This document shows, one piece after another, positions 1-11,352 of a stretch of DNA of 64,000 nucleotides. The DNA is from Eutreptiella sp. 'Long Island Sound 2002'. Its lineage: Eukaryota; Protista; Euglenida. Positions within the stretch are counted from its first letter, which is position 1. The number at the start of each line of letters is the position of its first letter. Location: contig OZ038378.1 in the NCBI GenBank assembly GCA_964036045.1, positions 7,440,001 to 7,504,000 on the forward strand, read 5' to 3'. Under the pieces are notes generated by a model. It did not search any database and had not been told where the DNA came from. It was given only the letters and a program-made list of their open reading frames with translations. Position numbers and translations under genes: made by a program.

Positions 1-3000
1 CCACACAGCGCACTAAGCAGGCAATCTGCGAGGCAGCTTTGGCCGTACATGACTGAAGATCTAGCTGTGTGTGCACCAGATGTGGTCCAATGTTCAAGAA
101 ACCTCATGCATCCAGCTGCAAACAGATGTTTCTCAATGCTGCTGAAACGGCAAAATTAATGATCACAACGCTCACACAAAGCAAGGCAACGATGACACCA
201 TGAAACTGACTATGGGAAAATGAAAGCGCAGATGGATGCATATTCCATGTCATTCTGCGTTTTGCGTGCCCATTGCGTGTTTATCATGCTGCAGCTTAAT
301 CGTGTACAGCGCATGCACAGCGTACATGTAAAAAATCGGCTGTAAAAAATTGTTTTGCGCGTGCAAGTGCTGTGCGCCGTGCAATTCCACACCTCTGTTG
401 ATGCTTCCTCTTAGATCATCATTTGAGAAGAAACAGGCATGTTTCGGTGTAGCTGAGTAAAAGCAAAATCACTGGATGACACTTTCTGGAATGCCCTCAA
501 TGATCATAGAGAATCCTCAGCAACCCTTGGAACCCCTTGACAATCCCCAGTCGAGCAACCCTGGATAATCTTCAACAACCCATACCCTTGCACAAGCCGT
601 GATGATGCCAAAACCCTCAACTTCCCGATTTCCCTGAACAGCCAAGAGCATGAAGGCTGGGCAAAACACAAACTGGTTCGGGTAAAGGAGCGAGCAGGAA
701 TGAGCAGGACAAACGAAAGCTCGCTTGCACCCGTGCTCTTGCTGCTGCCGCTATGGTTCACTTGTTCTGTTCCGTCACCTCCACCCCTGCAACCCTGCAC
801 ACAGAGCCACCGTGAGGGGAAGTTCGGGCCAATGCATGGTCTCCGACCAGGTAAACTCACTTGGCCTGCATGCAACTGCGAACAAGACACACCCAATCTA
901 CACGGCTTCGTCCTTTTGGAGATGGATGGGCACGTGCTGATGGAGACCGCAAGGGACCCTTCGAATTCAGCTATTTGTCTCCAGAACACGGCGGGGTCCA
1001 TGTTCAGAAACGATACCCAGCAAAAAAGCGGGGGAACAGAATCATTGAAACAAAAATTGGAGAAACACTGAATACGCCGAATCAATCGTTCAATTTGGGA
1101 AAAGGGACCAGCAGATAGAAAAAAGAGGGGAATTTTGAATATCAGCGGAACCACTCAAAACTCGCATGTCCGTTGTGTGCGGGCAGAGCTCGCAGCTGCC
1201 GGGGAGCATCATATTACAAGGAGAAACCAGTACAAGATTAGCAGGAAGCGGGAACAGGGGGGAAACAAGGACTGGCCCCCCTTCGACCGTTCCCCTCCCC
1301 TTGAGAGTAGCTTGTGGGAGCAGGTGGCTGCTACTGACCTGTGTTGGTCTGGATGGCGTGTGACACTGACCAGCAAAAGCGAGCCATAACGATGAACGAT
1401 TCCAAAGAGTTGCGCGTGTTCATCAACTTTCGCACCGAATAAGATGAAAATGATGTGATATCTGTTGCTGTGACCAAGTGTTCAACTGCAATGACACCTC
1501 TAAACGTTGCCGGTTTCGTGTTTTGGTATCTTGTGGTGATCCGGTGATCCGGTCTCACGGATAGCCCCTGCAATTTTACTGGCCCCTCCTGACCAACGCT
1601 AAAATCTGGTTCTGCAAAATTCATGCTGTCTGGTGGATGCCTTTGCATGCTCTCCTCCTGCTCGCAACTGGGTCACAAAACACGAGAGAACTGTCCAGGT
1701 CGGGTTTCTGCATTATACCGACCCACGCCTGCAGACATTGCGTCTCGGTGCAAAGGGACCGCGTCCCTGCCTGACATTCGTCGTGTAGCCAGGCTCAGGG
1801 CCCGATTGGCAAGCAATAAGCGCCCAGCAATTGGCGACCAAGATACACTTCACAACTGACTTCTCCCCACCTGTGCGCTGTGGATGTGTGCACATGTGGG
1901 TTGCAAATTCCTTGGGTGGTGGCGGTCTCCATTTGAATATGAAAACCAGATGTTCGGCAGTCACCTGCCACTATGTCAAAATGATTGAAGGGGCTCATTA
2001 TCCCTTGGGCAGGAGTAAAAATGGGTCACACAAACTGCACAAGCACACGAGAGGTCCTAATGCAGGAGGTCAAAAAAAAAAAGATTGTTCAAGGAAAAAG
2101 GCAGCACATACTTTGAGCAACACCTGATGAACGACCACATATCGAAAAGGTAACGCTACTCAGAGAAAAAATGCAAAAAGATTGCACACAATAAACGGCG
2201 CGACGCTGGACTCAAGAGTCGACAACCGAACAACCACCCCAGACTGAAAAATAAAATTGCAGTTTCAGTCTGTTACATCTCTGATCGAAAATGTGGAACA
2301 CCCAACGAGAAAACCTATTCAGAAAACCAGAAGCGACCAAACCTTGGCCTGGCGGACATTTCAAAAAAAAATTCAAGGGCTTTATGAGCGGTGTTTGGCC
2401 TCGCCAAGACATCTGCTGCTGCGTGCGCATGGAGATTCCTTGTGTCTGCGTGTGCGCACACAGGAGACCTTGACCGAGCTTTCTTGCTTGTTTGTGACCG
2501 AGATAGCGTACCGTTTCCCGCATGCGCACAACAGGGCAAAATTGTGTGACCGTCAAGCAGCTCACAAACCCCTGTATCGTCGTACCTCATCCAACACAGC
2601 ACAGCACATTTGTTTCCTATGCTCCTCCCAACCCAAACAAATCTTCGCCAATGCCTCGGGTTGTTGGGTTTCATAAATATGCACAAAACAGACCAATTAG
2701 ATTATGTCATGTGCACGTGCATGGGGCGCGCTGAGAGATGGGACGTAGCAATGGGGTGCCCAGTCACTTGAGCGTACAAAAAGGCATCGCACAGCTATCT
2801 GAGCGGTATACGCGTTCCTGCGAGGTGACACACCCTTCTGCCCGCCGGCAGGGAGGATCCAGCAGCGTCCGCCGTGGAACCCGTTTGCCGGCCTCCCCGG
2901 CGACCTGCGGGCAACCTTTCAGAGGGCACCGCTGCACGCACTGCTGGTGCCACGGTCGTGCATCGCGCAAGAAGAGGCCATGTCCTTGTTCCCTCACTGG

Positions 3001-5825
3001 ATGGCGGCGGTACCATGTGAGCCAGCAGCTACCAGTTTGAAGAGGCAATGGGATGGGAAGTGGTTGCTTGGTGTTGAGAAGGCAATAAATACCATTACAT
3101 TTCAAGACAGGCCTCGATACGAGGCAACATGCAATGACACGTCACGCAGAAATGCCGAATCAATTGGACAACAGGGGCACGACCCTCACCAAAAATGGCT
3201 CAACAAACATGCTGGAATGCCGGACAAGCATTGAAATGGGCGGGGTGGGGGTCCTAGATGCTGCAAGGGGGGGAATTCCCACAAGCAGAAATCTGGACAA
3301 ATGCAACCAACAATATTCCCTTTGCATGTCACGGCCCGGTGGGTTTGCACGAATGCTTGCCTCTCCGGAACCTGTTGAGTTTATCAGGGGAAACATGGGG
3401 GCAGTATTCCGAACTCCGAACTTCGAAAAACGAGATGACATGGAAGTGCTCGACCTGGCGGTGTGGACGGGCTGGTACTCGCTGGGCACATTGGCGTTGG
3501 AACAACGTTCGTTCCTCAAAATGACCAAAGAGGGACGGGCCTGAGATCTGCCGAGGGTGTCAAGAGAGACCCTTTATCTCGAGACCACACGCCGAGCCAT
3601 TTCGTGCTGAACGATGCAACCAACTGTCCTCTCACACCGGACTGGGATCTGAAGCAGATCCTGGAAGCAATGCAACGCACGTTGCTAACCCGATCGGATC
3701 TCGCGGGCAGACAGGCCGAAACTTCTAAAGATATTGCTACTCGACAGAAAAAATGTACGGCCAGAAACAGTGACAGCAACTGGAAGCTGCTCTGGCTTTT
3801 TGAAGAGGGTATGTCAGAGGGGAAATGGCATCATAACGAGTGGGGCTAGAACTGCGGCTGCAACCACCCCATCACCTCTCGCGTGTACCCCAGGACCTAC
3901 AAAAGCCTCTTGATTGGCGCCCCGTGCGGCTGGTGTGCATCTTGGGTTAAAACCCACAGCAGGGGTGAGAGAGCAGTTTTCCGTACCTCTACCCCTGCCA
4001 GAACTAAAGCAGCCCACTGTCCCTCCCTGTGTCTCACTGTCCCCAAATTTCGACAACAACTCAAATCCCATATTCCTTCCGTCTGCCTGAACGGGCCACG
4101 TTGCAGGAAACCTTACAAGAAGTATATAACCACTCAGGCACAAAAGAAAACGTGCACTGCATTCTAACACACACACACACACACACACACACATGTGTGT
4201 CCGAAATTCACGCAAGAGGCACGCAAGAAAATCTAAAGCACACGCCTACACAAGCGGACAACCGCATTTGCCGATGCGATGCAAAACTAGGCAAATTCCA
4301 TACGACTGTTGACGTGGTTTATTCAGGATTCGGGCGCGCTTGCCACAACTGGAAATACTACAATCTTGCCCTTCGTGTCGGCTAACCCACAACGCGTGCG
4401 CGCATGCGTTTGGCGTTGTCCGATGCAAGGGTGTTGGACTGTGCGGATCGCCGCAGAGGGGTGAACAGAAGCAAGAAACTGGAAAAGGGGTGTAAGAGGA
4501 AACCTGCCACGCGAAAGGGGCGAAATAAACGAAACCGGCCTCGCGTGCGGCGCAAACACTGTTTAGGTTGGTTGGCGGGTGCTGTCTATCCTACTTTCCA
4601 GGTGGAGACACTGGTGGTTGCGGTCTCGCCGCGGGGTGCCGCAGGCGTTGCACTGAAAGAGGGGTTACAACTGGGACGACCACAAACGACGCTCAAGAAA
4701 CAAAAAAGTAAATGCTGCCAGCTGCGCCCCCAAGAGGAACGACGGGGTATCTGCCGCAAATAGCGCCCTGTAACAACCCCTGAACCTCAACTTGGGGAGT
4801 GCCTTCGCGGAATTCGCACAGCTCAAAGCTTGGACAACGGCAGCAGTGATTAATGCCCATCGGCGGATGCAGCCAACGTCCGCCTGCACACGACTTTGGG
4901 GGACGGCGTTCGTGCCCTCACGGTCAGAACGCACGAATCCACGGGGGGCGTGGTGCGAGGGTGCACTGCAAAATGCACACCTCGAACACCAGTCAAGGCA
5001 ACACACCACCAACGTCTCGCAGGGAGCCGTTACAGCACCATGTGCAGGAACAGAGCTTCAGATGCACCAACCAATCATCGCACTGCTTGCGTTTGTTAGC
5101 ACCATATCCCCCGGCCTGAATCCTCGACGGTACAACTGACTAACGCATCGAGCTGAGAGTCAGGGAAACGTTGCAGAACCCAGAGAAAGAGTTGCTGGGG
5201 AAAACACGAGTGCGTCGTCCCTTCTTTTGGCAGCACAATTAGCTTGGTCATCACGTGAAAGAGTCCCCTGGTTTCGTGCAGCGGGCCATGCAATGCCGTA
5301 GCGCAACAACCCTGCGGAGGATCCTCGCAACCAACGGTGTCATGCCTGGAAACCAGCACTCTGCTAGCTCCAAGGAAAGAGCTAATTGGAGGCGAAAGAT
5401 TAGCACTACCGGCTGAACACATGAGTTTCCCGTGGCTAATTCTCCCCGGAAGAGTTTGGAACAATGTGCGCCCCGGAAGACTTCTCAGGGTGACTTTGGA
5501 ACAACGTGCGCAACTGCGGCACCCATACTGGTGGTGCCTTGTTCGTGGTGTGGAACGCGCTTGTTCACAGAAGATCCAACCCCATAGCCTTCCCTCCCAG
5601 TGCGCGGAGAGCTAAAGCTGAGAGAAGGGAAATCCCAGTGGTGCTGGCTTTGCACACCAACAGACGGTCGGTCGTGTGGTATGGACCGGTAAACACCGTC
5701 CCACTGGGAACCTGACGGCTCGAAAACCTGTGCCCTCAGACCACCCGTGACCCTACATCCCAAGCCCCAGACGGACTTGGAAACGCATGCAAAGAGGCTG
5801 TTTGGTCCCACACCCGTCACGAAGC

Positions 5826-7432
5826 TTACACGGCTTGAGCCTTCTGACCACTCGGGGCCATCAAATCTTGCCGCTTTTTCCAGGACAGGCCCCGGTTTTT
5901 GTACATGTCCAGATAATTAATTAGCTCCTCAGGGAGCCCGTACTTACTCTGGTCAGCGTACTTCAGGACTTCGTGGTTCTCCACAATGAAGGCGCGACAG
6001 AAATCCTTAAGTGACATGGCGTCAAGCTCAAACTCACAGATGTCGTTCATAAATAAGCCGCGGAATCGGCCCCCGAACAGAAGCATGCTGTTGTTCACCA
6101 CGACGGACGTGTGACACTCGCGCCGACATGGCAGACGAGGATCGTTTTCGTCACTATCGTGCACCGTTTGGAAAGTCTGGGAGTCCAAGCTGTACTGAAA
6201 CATGTCGTTCAGCTTCTTTTTGCCGTTCCACCCAGCAAACGTGATGAGACGGTCGTTATGTACCACCACACTGTGCCGCGCTCTCATAAACAGCTGCGAA
6301 AGCACAACAAGAAGAAGGAAGGCACTCTAAGTGGCGTCAGTCTTGTCACAGTCTAACTTCGACTGAACAGGTTCTACGACTTGCGAAAGAAATGTCCTTG
6401 GCGCAACACCCACCAAGCACCTTCGACGCCCTGTGTGGCATTCTCGCAAACCAGAGCGTTGGGCGAGCCCAACTGCAATGGGCTTCTATCACCAACGACA
6501 TTACACCACCCCTTCCAGGTTTCCCAGTTGTGGTGCTGAGAGGCTTGCGTCAGAGCGCTAAGACCAGAAGGCTTTTGTTCACTTGACACGAGACTGCAAA
6601 ATGTGAGCGAAGAACAGAAACCTGGTTACAAGGTCCGTGATTGATTCGTCTCCATTCGCTGGTCGTAAAACAAAACTCGTACAGATCCTCGCAACACTTG
6701 CCATCTGCATCACGACCGCCAAACATCAACATTTTGTTGAAGTAAACCACTGCTGTGTGTGCACTGCGGCTGCTTGGAACGTCACCCGACACCTCAATAA
6801 TGCTCCACTCCCCGGTAGCGAAGTCGAAAGCATACATATCGGCGAGGCGCTTGTTCGAGTTTCTACCACCACACTTGCCTCCAAAGATAATCATCTTCCC
6901 GTTGTGCACAACAGCACTGTGACAGTATCTGAAAAGGCAGAACCACGAGCCAGGTGCCAGCACACTGAAAGCGTGCTTGCAGACAGTCACACGTTGCAGC
7001 AGTGTGACTGTGTTCTGCACGGGCACGTGCAACACACCTCGTGGATGGTACTTCACCTGATGCTTGTACAAGCTGACAAACACCCGTGTCTCCATTGATG
7101 GAGAAAATTTGGTTGAACCTTCCACGCCCGTTGCAGCCTCCAAATATCAACATGCAACCGTTATGCATCACTGCGCTGTGGAAAGCACGGCCACAGGGCT
7201 TGTCTTCCTTCAGTTCAACCTGTGTCCATTCCCTCTTCTTCGCGTCGTAGCGGTAGAAGTCGTCCAAATACTTGCTCCCCCTTTCCAGATTTTCGTTGAC
7301 TCCACCCCACAGGTATACAATTCCCTCGTCATTCACAGTCACGGTGTGCCCGATCCTGCCTGGTGGCATAATCCCGTTCTTCTCACACTGCACCTCCCTC
7401 CAACGATCTCTGCCATCCTGGTAGCTGGGCAT
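5826..7432 (-). CDS. Kelch-repeat protein with C-terminal SOCS/BC-box-like motif, 3 exons: complement(5826..6293, 6622..6928, 7038..7432), 389 aa
   Basis: Repeated kelch motifs (GRIGHTVTV..YLWGG, GRAFHSAVM..IFGG, RYCHSAVV..IFGG, RSAHTAVV..MFGG, RECHTSVV..LFGG). Introns 6929-7037 and 6294-6621 are GT..AG and phase-compatible, giving 1170 nt. C-terminus SLKDFCRAFI...LPEELINYL resembles a SOCS box. Confidence 0.9.
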
Positions 7433-7966
7433 TTTGCGTGTTTAACTTCGCCTGCAACCAATGAGGAACAAATAACTTTCCACCAATTCCCAGACTGGTA
7501 AAAGTAAATATCTATACACTTGCAGAGTACTCTCAGAGCCTCAGACATAGAGAAGGGATGCGCACAGTCAAACATGGAAAAGGCACACCCGTGCACTTGC
7601 ACATTTCTCAGACCTCAATGGAGAACGGATGCGTAACACAATATACCATTCTTAAACCCATTTCTTGGAAACATCTGCTGCTCGACCCAAATCTGGAGTG
7701 GCGCCGCAAAAAACGCGGTTGGCTCTCAAGCGGTGACGGTATGCAGACTGCGGCCCTAGCAGACTGCGAAAGACTGCGCGCGAACATGCGACACGCGCAT
7801 TTACGACAACCGAAAAAAGGACTGCAACTGATCTACTGCAACTGATCTTCTGCTAAAAGGCGACAAGGATGTTTTGAACCGTTCTGCAGCCCAAATTTAT
7901 AAAATTATTTTACTCTACTGCAACAGATTATTTTATCGCCAGATAAGGGAACGATACCTTACTGGT

Positions 7967-8890
7967 AAATCCACTCCCTCCTACTCATTTTCAACTCCCT
8001 CCTACTCATTTTCAACTCCCTCCAAGTCAAAATCCACTCCCTCCTACTCATTTTCAACTCCCCCCTGCTCATTTTCAACTCCCTCCAAGTGAAAATCCAC
8101 TCCCTCCTACTCATTTTCAACTCCCCCCTGCTCATTTTCAACTCCCTCCAAGTGAAAATCCACTCCCTCCTACTCATTTTCAACTCCCTCCTACTCAGTT
8201 TCAACTCCCTCCAAGTGAAAATCCACTCCCTCCTACTCATTTTCAACTCCCTCCTACTCATTTTCAACTCCCCCCTGCTCATTTTCAACTCCCTCCAAGT
8301 GAAAATCCACTCCCTCCTACTCATTTTCAACTCCCTCCTACTCATTTTCAACTCCCTCCAAGTGAAAATCCACTCCCTCCTACTCATTTTCAACTCCCTC
8401 CTACTCATTTTCAACTCCCCCCTGCTCATTTTCAACTCCCTCCAAGTGAAAATCCACTCCCTCCTACTCATTTTCAACTCCCTCCTACTCATTTTCAACT
8501 CCCCCCTGCTCATTTCCAACCCCCTCCAAGTGAAAATCCACTCCCTCCTACTCATTTTCAACTCCCTCCTACTCATTTTCAACTCCCCCCTGCTCATTTC
8601 CAACCCCCTCCAAGTGAAAATCCACTCCCTCCTACTCATTTTCAACTCCCTCCTACTCATTTTCAACTCCCCCCTGCTCATTTTCAACCCCCTCCAAGTG
8701 AAAATCCACTCCCTCCTACTCATTTTCAACTCCCTCCTACTCATTTTCAACTCCCTCCAAGTGAAAATCCACTCCCTCCTACTCATTTTCATCTCCCTGC
8801 TGCTCATTTTCAACTCCCCCCTGCTCATTTTCAACTCCCTCCAAGTGAAAATCCACTCCCTCCTACTCATTTTCAACTCCCTCCTACTCA
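7967..8890. repeat. Composite minisatellite of 21-nt modules inside the MULE-like element
   Basis: Modules CTCCTACTCATTTTCAACTCC, CTCCAAGTGAAAATCCACTCC and CCCCTGCTCATTTTCAACTCC in higher-order order. A degenerate inverted copy lies at about 10266-10345. Confidence 0.95.
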
Positions 8891-9192
8891 CACACAAGTG
8901 TCCCCCCACCGATCCAACCATCGACTTGCACACTATTGTTGTCACTGGAAATTCCGTCCCTCACCTGCCCTTGCACACTTGGCACGAAGAAAGCATTGTT
9001 CCATCTTTTTTTGTGCAATGTGCAAAAGAATGTGTAAAACAATGTGCAAGAGATGTGCTTCCCGATCATGAAAGTAGTATACATTGTGGAGCCGTAGCTC
9101 AAAACTGGGGGCCATGGAGGCATAACCCAACCTTACACAGGCGAACCGTGAAGGCATGGAACATAAACTCAGACTTGAAATTTGAAATGTCC

Positions 9193-10023
9193 TTAGTTCT
9201 TCGACACTTGAGCCCGCCACTCCCAAAGCTGCTTACACTGATGCAACTCAGCTGGCGAAAGTTGTTCCCCACATGCAGCCCGAGCATACAACTGAGCCAA
9301 GCGAGTATCAACCGAGTCAGCCGAGTCAACCATATTGTGAATGTGTGCATGCAATTGATCATTATACGCGGCCTGCTGCGCACTCAGGCCCCCAGGAGCC
9401 TGATTCACGGTGGTTAGCGCATCTGAAAGCTCAAGGGCAGCATTCAGCTCTTCCTTCAGCGGCGGACCGCTACCCCTACCCTGACCCCTACCTCTTCCCT
9501 TTGTAGCACCCTTTGGACCATCCCCTCGCTTAGCGGCCTTCCTGACAGTTGGCTGCACGGTTCGCTTGGCGGCCACCGGCGGGGGAACAGGTCGTGGTGC
9601 TTGTGCACCTGCCACATGGACCTGTGTGGAGGAGGCTCGCATGTCCACAAATTGGTTCAGTAGCCTCTCCTCTTCTTCGAGAAAGGCCCCTGCATCCTGT
9701 CCCTGGTCGGAAAGATGAGTTGCCACTCGATCCACATTATTTATATATTGACGCATCCGGGACTGCAGGTTCCCAAGGGAGCGGACAATCTGCTCGCGTT
9801 TCGTTCTGGCTGGCAAATCAGCCCACGAGGAGATGTCGGTCAATATAATGTCATCGTCTGTAGCATGGATTGCCACGGGTACCTGCACTGTGGGTAGGGG
9901 GAGGCGTTGGCTGCTGCATTTGGCACTGACAAGGACCTGAGTTGCAGTCTGAAATTGTTTTAAAATAAAAATTGGATTGAACAACCCAAGATGGAAGCCG
10001 ACTGAAGATGACCGATGATGCAA
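9193..10023 (-). CDS. Cargo ORF (up to 276 aa) in the MULE-like element, possibly a transposase C-terminal tail or captured gene fragment
   Basis: Uninterrupted non-repetitive ORF with helical-looking segments and a [10 protein letters not shown] basic motif. No recognisable domain; true start unknown. Confidence 0.45.
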   Translation of the reverse strand: MHHRSSSVGFHLGLFNPIFILKQFQTATQVLVSAKCSSQRLPLPTVQVPVAIHATDDDIILTDISSWADLPARTKREQIVRSLGNLQSRMRQYINNVDRVATHLSDQGQDAGAFLEEEERLLNQFVDMRASSTQVHVAGAQAPRPVPPPVAAKRTVQPTVRKAAKRGDGPKGATKGRGRGQGRGSGPPLKEELNAALELSDALTTVNQAPGGLSAQQAAYNDQLHAHIHNMVDSADSVDTRLAQLYARAACGEQLSPAELHQCKQLWEWRAQVSKN

Positions 10024-10077
10024 AACAGCAAAATAGTGACGACATGGATGCCCGACTCGGACAGCAAGTCCACAACT

Positions 10078-10133
<56 letters not shown>

Positions 10134-10276
10134 GTGTGTGTGTGGATGTGTGTGTATGTATGCGTATATATATGTATATATATATATATCTACATATCTA
10201 CATCTATATATATATATATATATAAATATATATATAGATGTACATACATGTATTTGTATATATATATATGTATATA
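10078..10276. repeat. (TA)n/(TG)n microsatellite
   Basis: Long TATATA tract with TG interruptions. Confidence 0.95.
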
Positions 10277-10980
10277 TTTCACTTGGAGGGAGTAGAAATT
10301 GAGTAGAAGGGAGTGGATATTCACTTGGAGGGAGTTGAAATTGAGGGGGAGGGAGTCGATTTGCGCACAGCGCTAAACGCGTTCAAAACAGCGAAGTAAA
10401 GGGCAACGCTGGCCAATCACACATCTGTCAGTAATTAATAATAAGTGACAGAGTGATCAGAAGGTGAAATTCGAACTAATTAGAACAGGAACATAAAATT
10501 CATACCTTTCTGTCAGTTGCGGTGGTTTTTTCAGTTACGCGTGTCGCATGTTCGTGCGCAGTCTTTCGCAGTCTGCTAGGGCCGCAGTCTGCATACCGTC
10601 ACCGGCTCTCAAGCCCATATTGGCACATGGGACTCGCGCGCGGGTTCTGGTTTTCTAAATGTCTGGAAAATTTTAGCAGATTGAAAGGCGAAGAGCTGGG
10701 AATACAGTTTTCAGCTATTGTCTCACCCGCCGCACTAGTTCGATTTACGTCCAAATGATTCGTGGTGGTTAATTTTGGATCAACTTTGGGGTGTTCAACA
10801 TTGTTGTTTTTGGTCCTTACCTCAGCAAGTGGGGCCGAGTATCAAAACAAATTCGGAACACTATTTTGTTTTTCAATAGAGTTTGTTTCTTTGGCGGCTT
10901 ATGAGCTTGGTTAAGCTGTTGATAAAGCACTCAAGCATTGTTCTTAGCCTTTGTTCCTTGTTTGTTCGGGTTGGGGGGTG

Positions 10981-11352
10981 TGTAAGTGGCAGCAGCTCAG
11001 AGCTAGGATTTGGCAATAAGGCAGTAGGATCGGCCTGACGATTCGGCAATATTTAATAGTCAAGAAGTGATTTACGATGTACGATTTACGTTGTAGAATT
11101 ACGAATTACGATCTGCGAAGTGTGCAGTTATTTTGGTTATCCCACTGAATTACAATGATCTCTGCACAGGGTCCTTTGGAACAATGATTTAATGACCGTT
11201 CAACGCTTTTGGTGATTGTGCTGCTGCATGGGGTGAGATCCTGTTGGAGTCCATTACATCTCTGCATTTTGGGTATCTTGGCATTTCCGAAACATCTTGT
11301 ATTTTGGAGATAGTTGCAATAAAGGATATTTGAGCCTTGAAGACCCATAGCA
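10981..11352 (+). repeat. 5' LTR of element 1
   Basis: Matches 21267-21638; TG...CA termini; AATAAA near the 3' end. Confidence 0.97.

Larger units (their letters stand above)
7732..10603. mobile_element. Non-autonomous Mutator (MULE)-like DNA transposon with cargo
   Basis: 66-bp TIRs 7732-7797 and 10538-10603 with 1 mismatch. Flanking direct repeat GGCTCTCAAGC at 7721-7731 and 10604-10614 (or 9-bp GCTCTCAAG if the TIR is extended by 1 bp). A 9-11 bp TSD with long G-starting TIRs fits MULEs. No catalytic transposase domain seen. Confidence 0.8.

Noticed and set aside
1-5800. Numerous 60-216 aa ORFs that look like decayed coding sequence
   Set aside because: No recognisable domain, splice-consistent chain or element ends could be established.
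7959-9417. 328-aa and 442-aa ORFs (SRRELKM / [10 protein letters not shown] repeats)
   Set aside because: Artefacts of a 21-nt-module minisatellite that keeps frames open.
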